A program made the position numbers and the translations under genes. The notes under the pieces are model-generated. The model saw nothing but the letters and a program-made list of their open reading frames with translations. It ran no database searches and had not been told where the DNA came from. A DNA stretch of 64,000 bases from an uncultured Gammaproteobacteria bacterium (GTDB taxonomy: Bacteria; Pseudomonadota; Gammaproteobacteria; JAURND01): assembly GCA_963714975.1 (NCBI GenBank), contig CAVQQD010000001.1:192001-256000 (forward strand), given 5' to 3'. Positions 49,681 to 59,635 of this stretch are shown here, piece after piece. Each line of letters begins with the position of its first letter. The first letter of the stretch is position 1.

Positions 49681-50451
49681 TTATAGGAGCTGCTGATAAG
49701 CTGCCCACCCCGCTTCCTGATATTCCTTGGCGGCTGCTTGCGGATTGGCGGCTGCATAAATCCCGCGCCCCACAATCATCACGTCGCATCCACGTCGCAA
49801 AATGGCTTCTTCTGGCGTAGTGTATTGCTGGCCTAACGGGTCGCCTTCTTGCGACAAATGAATGCCTGGCATGAAATGAATAAAGAAGGGGTCTGGGGTC
49901 AGCCGATGTTGGGCAATAAAACCAATCACAAATTCGGGATAAGCTTTAGCCATTTCCACCACCGCAGTAGTATAGTCTGCAGTAATTAAATTCCCCTGCG
50001 AACTCATTTCTGCTAGCAACAACAACGCATTTCCCTTGCTAAGACCGACCGATTGCAAGCCCTCAATAATGCCGGGGCCTGGTAGGGGATGCGCATTGGT
50101 AATTGTGGCCCACTCGGCAATTTGATACAGGCCTGCTGCATATTGCAATCTTACGGTATTGCCAATATCCGCAAACTTCCGATCCTCAAAAATTAAAAAT
50201 TGCTGATCATGCGCCAATTGCTTCAATTCAGTGATGAAACGAAAATCAAAATTCTCCACGATATCGATATGGGTCTTCAGGACACAAATATGCGGGCCAA
50301 TTTGCCGAACCAATGCGAGCAGGGAGGCTTTATCTAGCAAATCCGCCGAAACAGCCAAGTTGGATTTTTTGGTTTCGATGAGCTGCAACAGCTTTTGTGC
50401 TGTTGGGTTGGTGTGCAGGGAAGCTCGTTGAGTATAAGTCAACAAGCTCAT
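49681..50451 (-). CDS. pyrF: Orotidine-5'-phosphate decarboxylase, eukaryote (URA3/UMPS)-type
   Basis: LKTHIDI, FEDRKFADIGNTV, LLAEMSS, GDPLGQQY, IVGRG. Confidence 0.95.
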   Translation of the reverse strand: MSLLTYTQRASLHTNPTAQKLLQLIETKKSNLAVSADLLDKASLLALVRQIGPHICVLKTHIDIVENFDFRFITELKQLAHDQQFLIFEDRKFADIGNTVRLQYAAGLYQIAEWATITNAHPLPGPGIIEGLQSVGLSKGNALLLLAEMSSQGNLITADYTTAVVEMAKAYPEFVIGFIAQHRLTPDPFFIHFMPGIHLSQEGDPLGQQYTTPEEAILRRGCDVMIVGRGIYAAANPQAAAKEYQEAGWAAYQQLL

Positions 50452-51146
50452 GTAGGGTTTTCCTGCGCCACATCATGACGACGATGCCAAATAACCGGGG
50501 CAGCGCTAATTAATTCTTGATCATAAAGTGTTGAGTTAGCTACGTTAGTATCTGGATTAATGCAGATTAAATTGTAGAGCCCGCTTTTAGTCCCTGGCTT
50601 AACACGACGAAAGAGAATTTCATTATGTGAAGTTTCAATAATACAATCCTTCCCTACTAATGCCGCAATATCAGCCCCACGGCGACGTTTGCCGGCCACT
50701 AAATCGTTTGGACTGAAGTAAGGTTTCATCCCATCGTCACGGATAATATAGTCAATCGCATTGGGATGTAAGTCGCGGAAGTGTAACAATTCTTGGATGA
50801 TTGTTTTGTCTTCTGGCGCTCCGACTGGCATAGTCGTTGCAGTGGTCCTTGGTATGGATGTCGTTCCTCCTTTGGGTTGCGGCGGAGTACCTATGCCATA
50901 CAGCAGCCAATCTATGGGGCAAATAATTCCTTCTTGGCTGAGAATAGGCGCAATGCGTTGCGCGCCGCGTTCCGTCAAGCCACCTGCTTTGGCTGCCTCC
51001 CAAGATTGAATGGTGCTCGCACTAATCCCATATTTGTCTTCCAAGCCATTCCGAGTGAGCTCAGCCATCATGCGAGCTGTTTTAAGACGCTTCCCTCGAG
51101 CAGAAGGACTGGATTTAGGGTCGTTATTGGTAGTTTTGTTTACCAT
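50448..51146 (-). CDS. XRE-family HTH regulator with S24-like C-terminal domain
   Basis: RGKRLKTAR...ISASTIQSWE...WLLYGIG; DDGMKPYFSPND. Confidence 0.75.
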   Translation of the reverse strand: MVNKTTNNDPKSSPSARGKRLKTARMMAELTRNGLEDKYGISASTIQSWEAAKAGGLTERGAQRIAPILSQEGIICPIDWLLYGIGTPPQPKGGTTSIPRTTATTMPVGAPEDKTIIQELLHFRDLHPNAIDYIIRDDGMKPYFSPNDLVAGKRRRGADIAALVGKDCIIETSHNEILFRRVKPGTKSGLYNLICINPDTNVANSTLYDQELISAAPVIWHRRHDVAQENPT

Positions 51147-51308
51147 GATTTGCCTTACCTTAATAGTGTAAAAATGGGAATTTCAAATATCACATTGCTA
51201 ATTGTTTAGGACTTTATTATGATGCTTGCTAATAATCACAATGTGAATAAGTTGAATTATAACAAAATAACAATATAAGCCAACCTATAACTATTCAGCA
51301 TCATTATT

Positions 51309-51352
51309 CCTTCTCCTCTGGTGGGAGAAGGTGCCGAAGGCGGATGAGGGGT
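51309..51352. repeat. Family A REP-like unit, preceded by a MITE-end-like taactattcagc at ~51288
   Basis: ccttctcctctggtgggagaaggtgccgaaggcggatgagggg. Confidence 0.8.
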
Positions 51353-51366
51353 AAGCTGGAACTCAA

Positions 51367-53637
51367 ATGAACTTTTTCCGTTATACTGCAAAGCATCTCA
51401 TCATGACCATCCTCAGCCTGCTATTTAGCCTGTTGATTGTAGCTGGTTGCACGTATTTTTACATGATATTTCAGTTAGAAGATGTGGAGGCGCTCAAAGA
51501 CATGCGCCTGCAAACTCCCCTACGCATTTACAGCAGCGATGGCCAGTTAATTGGCGAATATGGTTCCATGCGGCGCAATCCGATCACCCTGGCCCAAGTC
51601 CCGAAACCATTACTAGCAGCGATTATTGCCACCGAAGATCAACGTTTCTTTGAGCATAATGGCGTTGATTTGATCGGTATTGTGCGTGCCACCCGTGAAC
51701 TGTTAATCACCGGACAACGCAATCAAGGAGCCAGCACCATCACCATGCAAGTGGCACGCAATTTTTTTCTGACCCGCGAAAAAACCTTCAGCCGCAAAAT
51801 TAACGAAATCCTGTTAGCTCTTAAAATCAATAGTACCCTGAGTAAAGAAAAAATCCTGGAACTGTATCTCAACAAAATTTATCTAGGACAACGCGCCTAT
51901 GGGGTCTCAGCGGCGGCAGAAATTTACTATGGGAAACGCCTGGATCAACTGAATTTAAGCGAAATGGCCATGATCGCAGGCCTTCCCCAATCACCCTCTA
52001 AAGAAAATCCGATCACTAATCCAAGTGCAGCCAAGGAGCGCCGTAACCACGTGTTAGCGCGCATGTTGGAATTAGGTTACATCGATCAAAAAGCTTATGC
52101 TGAAGCCAGCAGCGCTCCGGCCGCTACCTATTATCATGGTCCTAAAATTACCTTGTATGCCCCGCATGTGGCCGAGATGGTGCGCAATGTCATTTATCAA
52201 CAATATGGTGAGGACGGCTATACCAGCGGCCTGCAGGTCTATACCACCCTGAACTCTGGCTTACAACAGGCAGCAAACCTGGCCTTGCAACATGGCCTAA
52301 TTGCGTATGAGCGCCGACACAGTGGCTATCGTGGCCCAGAAAAAAACTTGGGCCGAGCTCCTCGAACCGAGTGGCAAGACATCTTGGCCAGTTTACCCGC
52401 CCAAATGGATTTAATTCCGGCAGCCATCATTCAGTTAGGAAAAAATTCTGCACGCGGGATGCTTGCCAATGGTGCTACGATCCCCATCGCCCTACCGCAA
52501 CGCGGATTTAAAATCGGCGATGTCGTGCGGGTGATTCAAAAAGAGGAGCAATGGGAATTGGCGCAATTGCCTAAGATCGAGGGCGCTTTGGTCGCGCTTA
52601 ATCCCGATACTGGCGCCATTTTGGCATTAAATGGCGGTTTTGATAATGCCAACAACGGCTTTAATCGAGCTGTCCAAGCCTACCGTCAACCTGGCTCCAG
52701 CTTTAAGCCTTTCATTTATGCCGCTGCTTTAGCTAAGGGCTATAACTTAGCCACCATTGTTAACGATGAACCCATTGCGATCAATGACACCGGCGATCCT
52801 AATAATCTGTGGCAGCCGCAAAATTCCGACAATCAATTTCATGGGCCGACGCGCTTACGCGTCGGATTAGTGCGGTCCATTAACGTCATGACGGTACGTT
52901 TATTGCAAATGCTGGGAGTTCCTTACGCCATCAACTACATCACCCAGTTTGGTTTTAGCCGCGACAGCCTGCCCCCCTCACTGTCGCTGGCGCTGGGCAC
53001 TGCCCTAGAAACACCATTGCAAATGGCTTCGGCTTATGCGGTATTTGCCAATGGCGGCTATCGAGTAATCCCTTATTTTATCGAGAGAATTGAAAGCGCG
53101 GACGAGAAATTATTGTATCAAGCAAAACCCACAGCACCATTTCTCACCATCAATCCTGAAATTGCTTATTTGATTACCAATGTCCTGCAAGATGTGGTGC
53201 AACATGGCACTGCGGCCGCGGCCGCGGCAAAATTAGGGCGAGGCGATTTAGCAGGAAAAACCGGCACCACCAATCGTCAAATAGATGCCTGGTTTTCGGG
53301 ATACAACCGCCGTCTAGTCGCCACGGTGTGGGTGGGCTACAATCAACCCAAGCCCTTGTACGAATATGGCGCCCAAGCTGCCCTGCCCATTTGGGTCGAT
53401 TTTATGAAGGAAGCACTGGAAGGAAAACCTGAAGAAAGCCTACCTCCCCCCAGCAATATCGTGACAGTCCGCATCAATCGTGAAACTGGCTTGCTGGCCG
53501 ACCCCGAAGATGCAGATAGCTTCTTCGAAGTATTTGTGGCCAATAATGTGCCCCAGGAAGAGCAGACTGAAGCTGAGGATGCAGAGGCCCCAGTCGTCGT
53601 CAATGATGGGATGATCCCTTGGCCGTGGCGCCACTAA
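51367..53637 (+). CDS. mrcA: Penicillin-binding protein 1A
   Basis: EDQRFFEHNG, GASTITMQVARN, transpeptidase SSFK, SIN, KTG. Confidence 0.94.
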   Translation: MNFFRYTAKHLIMTILSLLFSLLIVAGCTYFYMIFQLEDVEALKDMRLQTPLRIYSSDGQLIGEYGSMRRNPITLAQVPKPLLAAIIATEDQRFFEHNGVDLIGIVRATRELLITGQRNQGASTITMQVARNFFLTREKTFSRKINEILLALKINSTLSKEKILELYLNKIYLGQRAYGVSAAAEIYYGKRLDQLNLSEMAMIAGLPQSPSKENPITNPSAAKERRNHVLARMLELGYIDQKAYAEASSAPAATYYHGPKITLYAPHVAEMVRNVIYQQYGEDGYTSGLQVYTTLNSGLQQAANLALQHGLIAYERRHSGYRGPEKNLGRAPRTEWQDILASLPAQMDLIPAAIIQLGKNSARGMLANGATIPIALPQRGFKIGDVVRVIQKEEQWELAQLPKIEGALVALNPDTGAILALNGGFDNANNGFNRAVQAYRQPGSSFKPFIYAAALAKGYNLATIVNDEPIAINDTGDPNNLWQPQNSDNQFHGPTRLRVGLVRSINVMTVRLLQMLGVPYAINYITQFGFSRDSLPPSLSLALGTALETPLQMASAYAVFANGGYRVIPYFIERIESADEKLLYQAKPTAPFLTINPEIAYLITNVLQDVVQHGTAAAAAAKLGRGDLAGKTGTTNRQIDAWFSGYNRRLVATVWVGYNQPKPLYEYGAQAALPIWVDFMKEALEGKPEESLPPPSNIVTVRINRETGLLADPEDADSFFEVFVANNVPQEEQTEAEDAEAPVVVNDGMIPWPWRH

Positions 53638-53730
53638 CTTTGAGCGTAAGTCGATGAAATCTGGGATTCGGTAGTGATACCTTGTTGCACTGTCGCCACT
53701 TCACCACTACTGCCCTGCGCCGTGGATCAG

Positions 53731-53991
53731 CTAAAACAACTCTTCTAAAAATGGCAATAATTTTCTAATTTCAATGCCATCGCTTATTTTTTCTTGTCGC
53801 AACTCTTTTACCAGCTGCATGGAAGGCCAATGATATTTGCTGCAAAAATATTTTAATGAACTGCTGATAGTATTGTTAGCTTGTTTTACTTCTAAAATCT
53901 TCTCTACTATTCTCAGCCATGATGGCTGCTTTTTGACGTCGATACATCCGACTATTCTGCAATAGCTTGCAGAATAGTCGGGGCTCATCAC
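53731..53991 (-). CDS. Hypothetical small protein or gene fragment
   Basis: ORF overlapping the gpmI stop; no recognisable motif. Confidence 0.35.
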   Translation of the reverse strand: MMSPDYSASYCRIVGCIDVKKQPSWLRIVEKILEVKQANNTISSSLKYFCSKYHWPSMQLVKELRQEKISDGIEIRKLLPFLEELF

Positions 53992-55601
53992 TCAAGATTG
54001 AACAAATTCTTCCCAGTCATTTCTGCCGGTTGTGGCAAACCCATTAATTGCAATAACGTCGGCGCAACGTCTTGCAAGCTTCCTTCAGCGGTGGTGGGTT
54101 TTGCTTTACGACCGACATAAATAATCGGCACTAAATTAGTGGTATGAGCGGTGTGCGGTTGTTGGGTATTGGGATCGTACATAAATTCGGCGTTACCATG
54201 ATCTGCGGTAATTAACGCTTCACCTCCTCCCTCCTGAAGGGCGGTAATCACTTGCTTTAGGCAATGATCAATCACTTCAATGGCTTTGACCGTGGCTTGA
54301 AAATCTCCGGTATGTCCCACCATGTCGGGATTAGCAAAATTACAGACAATTAATGCAAACTTCCCTTGCTGAATTTCTTTCACTAAGCGCGTCGCCAAAG
54401 GATAAGCGCTCATTTCAGGATGTAAATCATAAGTGGCCACTTTCGGTGACGGAATTAAATCGCGCACTTCGCCCGGATATAATTTTTCTTCTCCCCCGTT
54501 GAAAAAAAATGTGACATGCGCGTATTTTTCCGTTTCAGCAATCCGCAGCTGCGTCAATCCCAAATGGGAAATGTATTCGCCTAAGTTATTTTTCAGGGAA
54601 ATGGGAGTATAAGCCACCTCAGCCGGAATATCGGCCGCATATTGAGTGAGAGTGACAAAATGGCTCAGTTTGGGTACACGTTTACGTGGAAAACCCTCGA
54701 AGTTGGGGTCGGTGAATGCTCGCGTCAGTTGCCGTGCGCGGTCGGCTCTAAAGTTCATGAATACCACCGCATCTCCATCTTGGACGATGAGGGGATGATC
54801 CTGCGGATAAATGGCGGTTGGCTGCACAAATTCATCATTTTCCCCACGCGCATACGCCTGATGCAACCCTGCTAGTGCCGATGCGGCATGAAAAGTAGTG
54901 TCACCCGCAGCCAATAAATCATAAGCGCGCGCGGTGCGTTCCCAGCGGGTATCTCGGTCCATCGCATAATAACGCCCGGTGATGGAAGCAATTTGACCAC
55001 AACCTTCTGCCTGGAAGGTTTTTTCCAAAGCTTCAAGAGAGGCTTCTGCTGATTTTGGCGGGGTATCGCGACCATCCAGAAACGCATGTAAATAAATCTT
55101 CCGCAACCCGCGCTCTGCAGCTAATTTTACTAGTGCCTGGATATGCCGTTGATGGCTATGCACTCCCCCGGGAGAGAGCAAGCCAAAAATATGCAAGGAA
55201 TGCTGGGTTTTAATCAGTTGGTCCACTGTTTGAGTGAATACCGGATTGCGATAAAAATCTCCTGAATCAATCGCCAAATCAATACGCGTTAAATCTTGGG
55301 AAACCAAACGACCCGCCCCGATATGCAGATGCCCCACTTCTGAGTTACCCATCTGACCCTTAGGCAAGCCCACCGCTAATCCTGAGGCATCAAGCAAAGT
55401 ATGGGGATAGTGATTCCACAATTTATGCCAAAAAGGCGCATGGGCTGCAGCGATGGCATTATATTGGGTATCTTCGCGATAGCCCCAACCATCTAAAACA
55501 ATTAACACGAAAGGGGAATGGGGGAGAGGCAAACCCCTCTCCCCCGCCTGAGCGCCAGCGAGGGAAGGTGGGAGAGGGTTAGGGAGAGGGGGTTTAATCA
55601 T
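53988..55601 (-). CDS. gpmI: 2,3-bisphosphoglycerate-independent phosphoglycerate mutase
   Basis: VLIVLDGWG, GQMGNSEVGH, GRYYAMDRD, AETEKYAHVT, ITADHGNAE. Alternative TTG start at 55532. Confidence 0.96.
   Translation of the reverse strand: MIKPPLPNPLPPSLAGAQAGERGLPLPHSPFVLIVLDGWGYREDTQYNAIAAAHAPFWHKLWNHYPHTLLDASGLAVGLPKGQMGNSEVGHLHIGAGRLVSQDLTRIDLAIDSGDFYRNPVFTQTVDQLIKTQHSLHIFGLLSPGGVHSHQRHIQALVKLAAERGLRKIYLHAFLDGRDTPPKSAEASLEALEKTFQAEGCGQIASITGRYYAMDRDTRWERTARAYDLLAAGDTTFHAASALAGLHQAYARGENDEFVQPTAIYPQDHPLIVQDGDAVVFMNFRADRARQLTRAFTDPNFEGFPRKRVPKLSHFVTLTQYAADIPAEVAYTPISLKNNLGEYISHLGLTQLRIAETEKYAHVTFFFNGGEEKLYPGEVRDLIPSPKVATYDLHPEMSAYPLATRLVKEIQQGKFALIVCNFANPDMVGHTGDFQATVKAIEVIDHCLKQVITALQEGGGEALITADHGNAEFMYDPNTQQPHTAHTTNLVPIIYVGRKAKPTTAEGSLQDVAPTLLQLMGLPQPAEMTGKNLFNLE
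55513..55592. repeat. Family A REP-like unit at the gpmI 5' end
   Basis: Minus strand cccctctccctaaccctctccc...gggggagagggg, as at 27407 and 49524. Confidence 0.8.
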
Positions 55602-56185
55602 ATATTCTCTACTGTATGTAATTTTTGCATGGCCTTTTCAATGACGCCAATTAATAGTTCGGGGATGATGGACAGGGCCTGGTCAATCGCCTCAAGAATT
55701 AAGGTGTAATCCTGCTTAGAAGGCTTATTGAGCACATAGTCATGGACTTGGCTTCTATCTCCCGGATGCCCAATACCCAAGCGGAGGCGATAAAAATTAT
55801 CCGTATGCAGGTGATGCATAATATCGCGTAAGCCATTATGTCCACCATGCCCCCCACCTCGTTTTAACCGAACGACACCTGGGGGGAAATCGAGTTCATC
55901 ATGAGCTACTAAAATACTAGTCGGAGGAATTTGGTAAAACTGCGTGATTGCTCGAACCGCTTGGCCGCTCAAATTCATAAAGGTGCTGGGAATCAACACC
56001 AGCACTTTATGTTCAGCTGAGGTATACGCAGCTAATTGCCCCTGGAATTTATTCTCGAACCGTAATGCCAATTGCCATTGCTTAGCCAGGCGCTCAGCAA
56101 ACCAAGCACCCGCATTGTGGCGCGTCGCCGCATACTCTGGCCCAGGATTGCCTAAGCCAACGATTAAACGAATAGGGTCTGGCAC
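55598..56185 (-). CDS. pth: Peptidyl-tRNA hydrolase
   Basis: VGLGNPG, TRHNAG, HDELD, GGHNGL, RLRLGIGHPG. Confidence 0.96.
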   Translation of the reverse strand: MPDPIRLIVGLGNPGPEYAATRHNAGAWFAERLAKQWQLALRFENKFQGQLAAYTSAEHKVLVLIPSTFMNLSGQAVRAITQFYQIPPTSILVAHDELDFPPGVVRLKRGGGHGGHNGLRDIMHHLHTDNFYRLRLGIGHPGDRSQVHDYVLNKPSKQDYTLILEAIDQALSIIPELLIGVIEKAMQKLHTVENI

Positions 56186-56202
56186 GATACGGAATTCTTT
56201 AA

Positions 56203-56868
56203 CTATTCTTCGCCTTCTTTTTCTTCCTTACCCACCAATGGGACTTCGGCGGCAGGAACTACAATCGGCGCTTCTGGCTCTTCGCTAACGACTCGGCGAT
56301 GAATACTCGCTACAGGCCGATCTTCTCCTCCGTGCAATAAAGCTACAATTTCTACCCCTTCAGGAACTTTCAATCCTGACAAGTGCACAGCTTCATCATT
56401 TCGAAGATCGGCCATATCGACTTCAATGAATTCAGGCAAATCTGCAGGCAAACAGCGAATTTCAACCTCATTCATTAAATGAGAGACGACCCCGCCTTCA
56501 ATTTTCACGCCATAGGCAGTGTCTTCATTAATAAATTGCAACGGAACATTCATCTGCAATTTTTCGGTAGCGCTGATTCGTAAAAAATCCGCGTGGAGAA
56601 TTTGCGGTTTACTCGGATGACGCTGTAAGGCTTTCAATATGACTTTTTCGGCGTTATCGTTCACATTGATGGTTAAGATATGAGAATAAAAAGCCTGATT
56701 CTTGAGCGCATTACTGATATGGTGATGATTAATCAAAATCGCGAGAGGGTCCTTTTTGGCGCCATAGATGATGGCAGGCACCTGATTATGCACGCGGCGT
56801 GCCCGTCGGCTTGCCCCTTTGCCGCGATGTTCGCGTACTTCTGCTGAAAGTTCAAATAGATTCGCCAT
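56203..56868 (-). CDS. rplY: 50S ribosomal protein L25/Ctc
   Basis: GKGASRR, VPAIIYG, HADFLR, CLPADLPEFIEVD; ATG 56868 after GGAGG. Confidence 0.94.
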   Translation of the reverse strand: MANLFELSAEVREHRGKGASRRARRVHNQVPAIIYGAKKDPLAILINHHHISNALKNQAFYSHILTINVNDNAEKVILKALQRHPSKPQILHADFLRISATEKLQMNVPLQFINEDTAYGVKIEGGVVSHLMNEVEIRCLPADLPEFIEVDMADLRNDEAVHLSGLKVPEGVEIVALLHGGEDRPVASIHRRVVSEEPEAPIVVPAAEVPLVGKEEKEGEE

Positions 56869-57185
56869 GGTTGTTTTCCTCAATAAAAAGCAAGGGTAGC
56901 GATTCTACCGGAGGGGCGGTCTCGAGTAAAGCGGCCTCTGCTACATTACGTATACACCAGTTCTTTCCGTCATCAGCGCTGTTATTCCAAACGAACATTT
57001 GTGAAAATTGAACGTCATTTGACAATCGCAGCAATCATTCGCTAAGCTACAAGAAGCCGAGGCTCCCACCCAGGCGACGATTCTCAGATAAGCTGCGATG
57101 ACCTCTGTGCTATCCACTCACTCTCTTTTGTTGCGACCCAAAGATCCCCATTTACAAAAACAATAAAAACAAGAGGAGCAATGCT

Positions 57186-59399
57186 ATGACCGACTCCAAA
57201 TCCGCTGAAGCCACGCCCAAATCCCCTACTAAGATCGTAGGTACTCCCTCCCATTCTTCTTCACCTATCGGACCTACCAATCAATCGACCTTCTTTGCGA
57301 GGAGCAGCAGTTCTTCCAGCACATCGCCGACACTCAAGATAGAGGAGCAAAAGTCTCCACTATTTCAATTAACAGAAGGGGAACTCAATGGCTATCGAGA
57401 AGGGGAGAAATTCTATCTGCTAGGAAATTACTCTAAGGCATTACCTGGGTTAGAACAAGCCGCTAAGTTGAATTATCCCCCCGCTTTACTGCTCTTATGG
57501 CGTATTTATAGCGCTCCTCGTTATGGCATCCCTCAAGATGAAAAACGCGCTCAAACCTACCGTGTCGCAGCCGCTCGATGCTACCCATGGTTCGAAGAGC
57601 AAGCCAGTAAGTGGTACGCAGAGGAACAGTATTATTTGGGCTTGTGCTACGAGTATGGAATAGGGGTTACCCAAGATGCCGAGCAGGCCGTGCATTGGTA
57701 TCGCGCTGCCGCGGGACAAAAAAATGCGCGAGGGCAATGCAAATTTGGCGAGTCCTACGCTACGGGAAGAGGGCTTGCCAAAAAAGATACCAGGGAGGCC
57801 GTGCGTTGGTATCGCGCTAGCGCGGAACAGGGGGATGCACAAGGGCAATGCAATTTGGGCTCGTGCTACGCTACAGGAGAAGGGGTTCCCCAAGATTACA
57901 AGGAGGCCCTGCGTTGGTTTCAGGCTAGCGCGGCACAGGAGCATGCGTCAGGGCAACTCAATTTGGGCTGGTGCTACGCCAATTGGATAGGGGTAACCCA
58001 AAATTACGAGGACGCCGTGCGTTGGTATCGCGCTGCCGCGGAACAGGGGCATGCGTCAGGACAATTCCATTTGGGCTGGTCCTACGAAAGGGCACGAGGA
58101 ATTCACCAAGATGCCAAAGAGGCCATGCGTTGGTATCGCGCTGCCGCGGAACAGGGGCATGCGTCAGGGCAATTCCATTTGGGCTTGTGCTACCGAGACG
58201 GAACTGGCGTGGCTAAAGATCGAGCAAGAGCCCTTTATTGGTTTGAATTGGCTGCAAAACAGGGAAATACAGGGGCTCAAGGCCAACTGAAAGCATTGCG
58301 GGCTCAGTGCCCCACTTTGACCCCTAGGCCGCCCTCACCCTTAGTAGGGACTCAACACCCCCTTGTGCCAATAGGGGAGCAAAAGTCTCCACTATTTCAA
58401 TTAACAGAAGAGGCACTCAATGGCTATCGAGAAGGGGAGAAATTCTATCTGCTAGAAAATTACTCTAAGGCGTTACCTGGGTTAGTACAAGCCGCTGAGT
58501 TGAATTATCCCCCCGCTTTACTGCGCTTAGCGCATATTTATAGCGCTCCTCGTTATAAAATCCCTAAAGATGAAAAACGCGCTCAAACCTACCGTGCCGC
58601 AGCCGCTCTATGCTTCCCATGGTTCAAAGAGCAAGCCGGTAAGGAGCACGCAGAGGAACAGTATTATTTGGGCTTGTGCTACGACCATGGAATAGGGGTT
58701 ACCCAAGATGCCAAGCAGGCCGTGCGTTGGTATCGCGCTGCCGCGGAACAAGGCTATGCGTCAGGGCAATGCAATTTGGGCCACTGCTACACCCAGGGGA
58801 GAGGGATTCCCCAAGATTACATAGAGGCCGTGCGTTGGTATCGCGCTGCCGCGGACCAAGGGCATGTGCGAGGGCAATACTATCTGGGCTGGTGCTACGA
58901 TCTGGGAAAAGGGGTTCCCGAGGATTACAAGGAGGCCGTGCGTTGGTATCGCGCTGCCGCGGAACAAGGCTATGCGTCAGGGCAATGCAATTTGGGCTAC
59001 TGCTACACCCAGGGGAGAGGGATTCCCCAAGATTACATAGAGGCCGTGCGTTGGTATCGCGCTGCCGCGGACCAAGGGCATGTGCGAGGGCAATACTATC
59101 TGGGCTTGTGCTACCGAAACGGAGCTGGCGTGGCTAAAGATCCAGCAAAAGCCCTTTATTGGTTTGAATTGGCTGCAACACAGGGAAATAAAGAGGCTCA
59201 AAACCAACTGAAAGCATTGCAGGCTCAGTACCCCAGTTTGACCCCTAGACCGCCCACACCCCTGGCAGGGGCGCAACACCTTTTTTTGCCACCACCCGAT
59301 AAAAAAAACAGCACCGACACCGACCAAGCTTCTTCGCAATCTGTTTCTATTACTCAACCCACCACAACAGTCACGCCTGGGTTAGGAAACCCTCCATAA
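57186..59399 (+). CDS. Sel1-like repeat protein with internal duplication (effector-like)
   Basis: 36-aa repeats EAVRWYRAAAEQG...QxxLGxCY..GxGV; Ser/Thr/Pro-rich termini; no signal peptide. Confidence 0.92.
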   Translation: MTDSKSAEATPKSPTKIVGTPSHSSSPIGPTNQSTFFARSSSSSSTSPTLKIEEQKSPLFQLTEGELNGYREGEKFYLLGNYSKALPGLEQAAKLNYPPALLLLWRIYSAPRYGIPQDEKRAQTYRVAAARCYPWFEEQASKWYAEEQYYLGLCYEYGIGVTQDAEQAVHWYRAAAGQKNARGQCKFGESYATGRGLAKKDTREAVRWYRASAEQGDAQGQCNLGSCYATGEGVPQDYKEALRWFQASAAQEHASGQLNLGWCYANWIGVTQNYEDAVRWYRAAAEQGHASGQFHLGWSYERARGIHQDAKEAMRWYRAAAEQGHASGQFHLGLCYRDGTGVAKDRARALYWFELAAKQGNTGAQGQLKALRAQCPTLTPRPPSPLVGTQHPLVPIGEQKSPLFQLTEEALNGYREGEKFYLLENYSKALPGLVQAAELNYPPALLRLAHIYSAPRYKIPKDEKRAQTYRAAAALCFPWFKEQAGKEHAEEQYYLGLCYDHGIGVTQDAKQAVRWYRAAAEQGYASGQCNLGHCYTQGRGIPQDYIEAVRWYRAAADQGHVRGQYYLGWCYDLGKGVPEDYKEAVRWYRAAAEQGYASGQCNLGYCYTQGRGIPQDYIEAVRWYRAAADQGHVRGQYYLGLCYRNGAGVAKDPAKALYWFELAATQGNKEAQNQLKALQAQYPSLTPRPPTPLAGAQHLFLPPPDKKNSTDTDQASSQSVSITQPTTTVTPGLGNPP

Positions 59400-59477
59400 T
59401 TCAGGAGGTAACCATGGCATCTGACTCTGTGCACTAGACAAAAATTGGTTCTATGTAGAATCGAGTGGGTAGATTTT

Positions 59478-59520
59478 CCTTCTCCCCTTGTGGGAGAAGG
59501 TGCCGAAGGTGGATGAGGGG
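59478..59520. repeat. Family A REP-like unit
   Basis: ccttctccccttgtgggagaaggtgccgaaggtggatgagggg. Confidence 0.85.
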
Positions 59521-59635
59521 TCGTCATCCCAACCCTACCACGGAGGGTTGATACTGCTGCGTTTCTTGAGACGAAGTTCCATCGGCAGGAAATAAGCAAG
59601 GATAGCAACATACTAAAATTAACTAAATATTAAGC

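Noticed and set aside
57055-57150. L25 leader-like GGTCGC hairpin upstream of rplY
   Set aside because: About 200-280 nt from the start and only a short motif match; cannot be supported without a covariance search.
57680-59110. Regularly spaced repeat gccgtgcgttggtatcgcgctgccgcgg as a CRISPR array
   Set aside because: Roughly 108-bp periodicity in frame within a Sel1-repeat ORF; the intervening sequences are homologous to each other; no cas genes.
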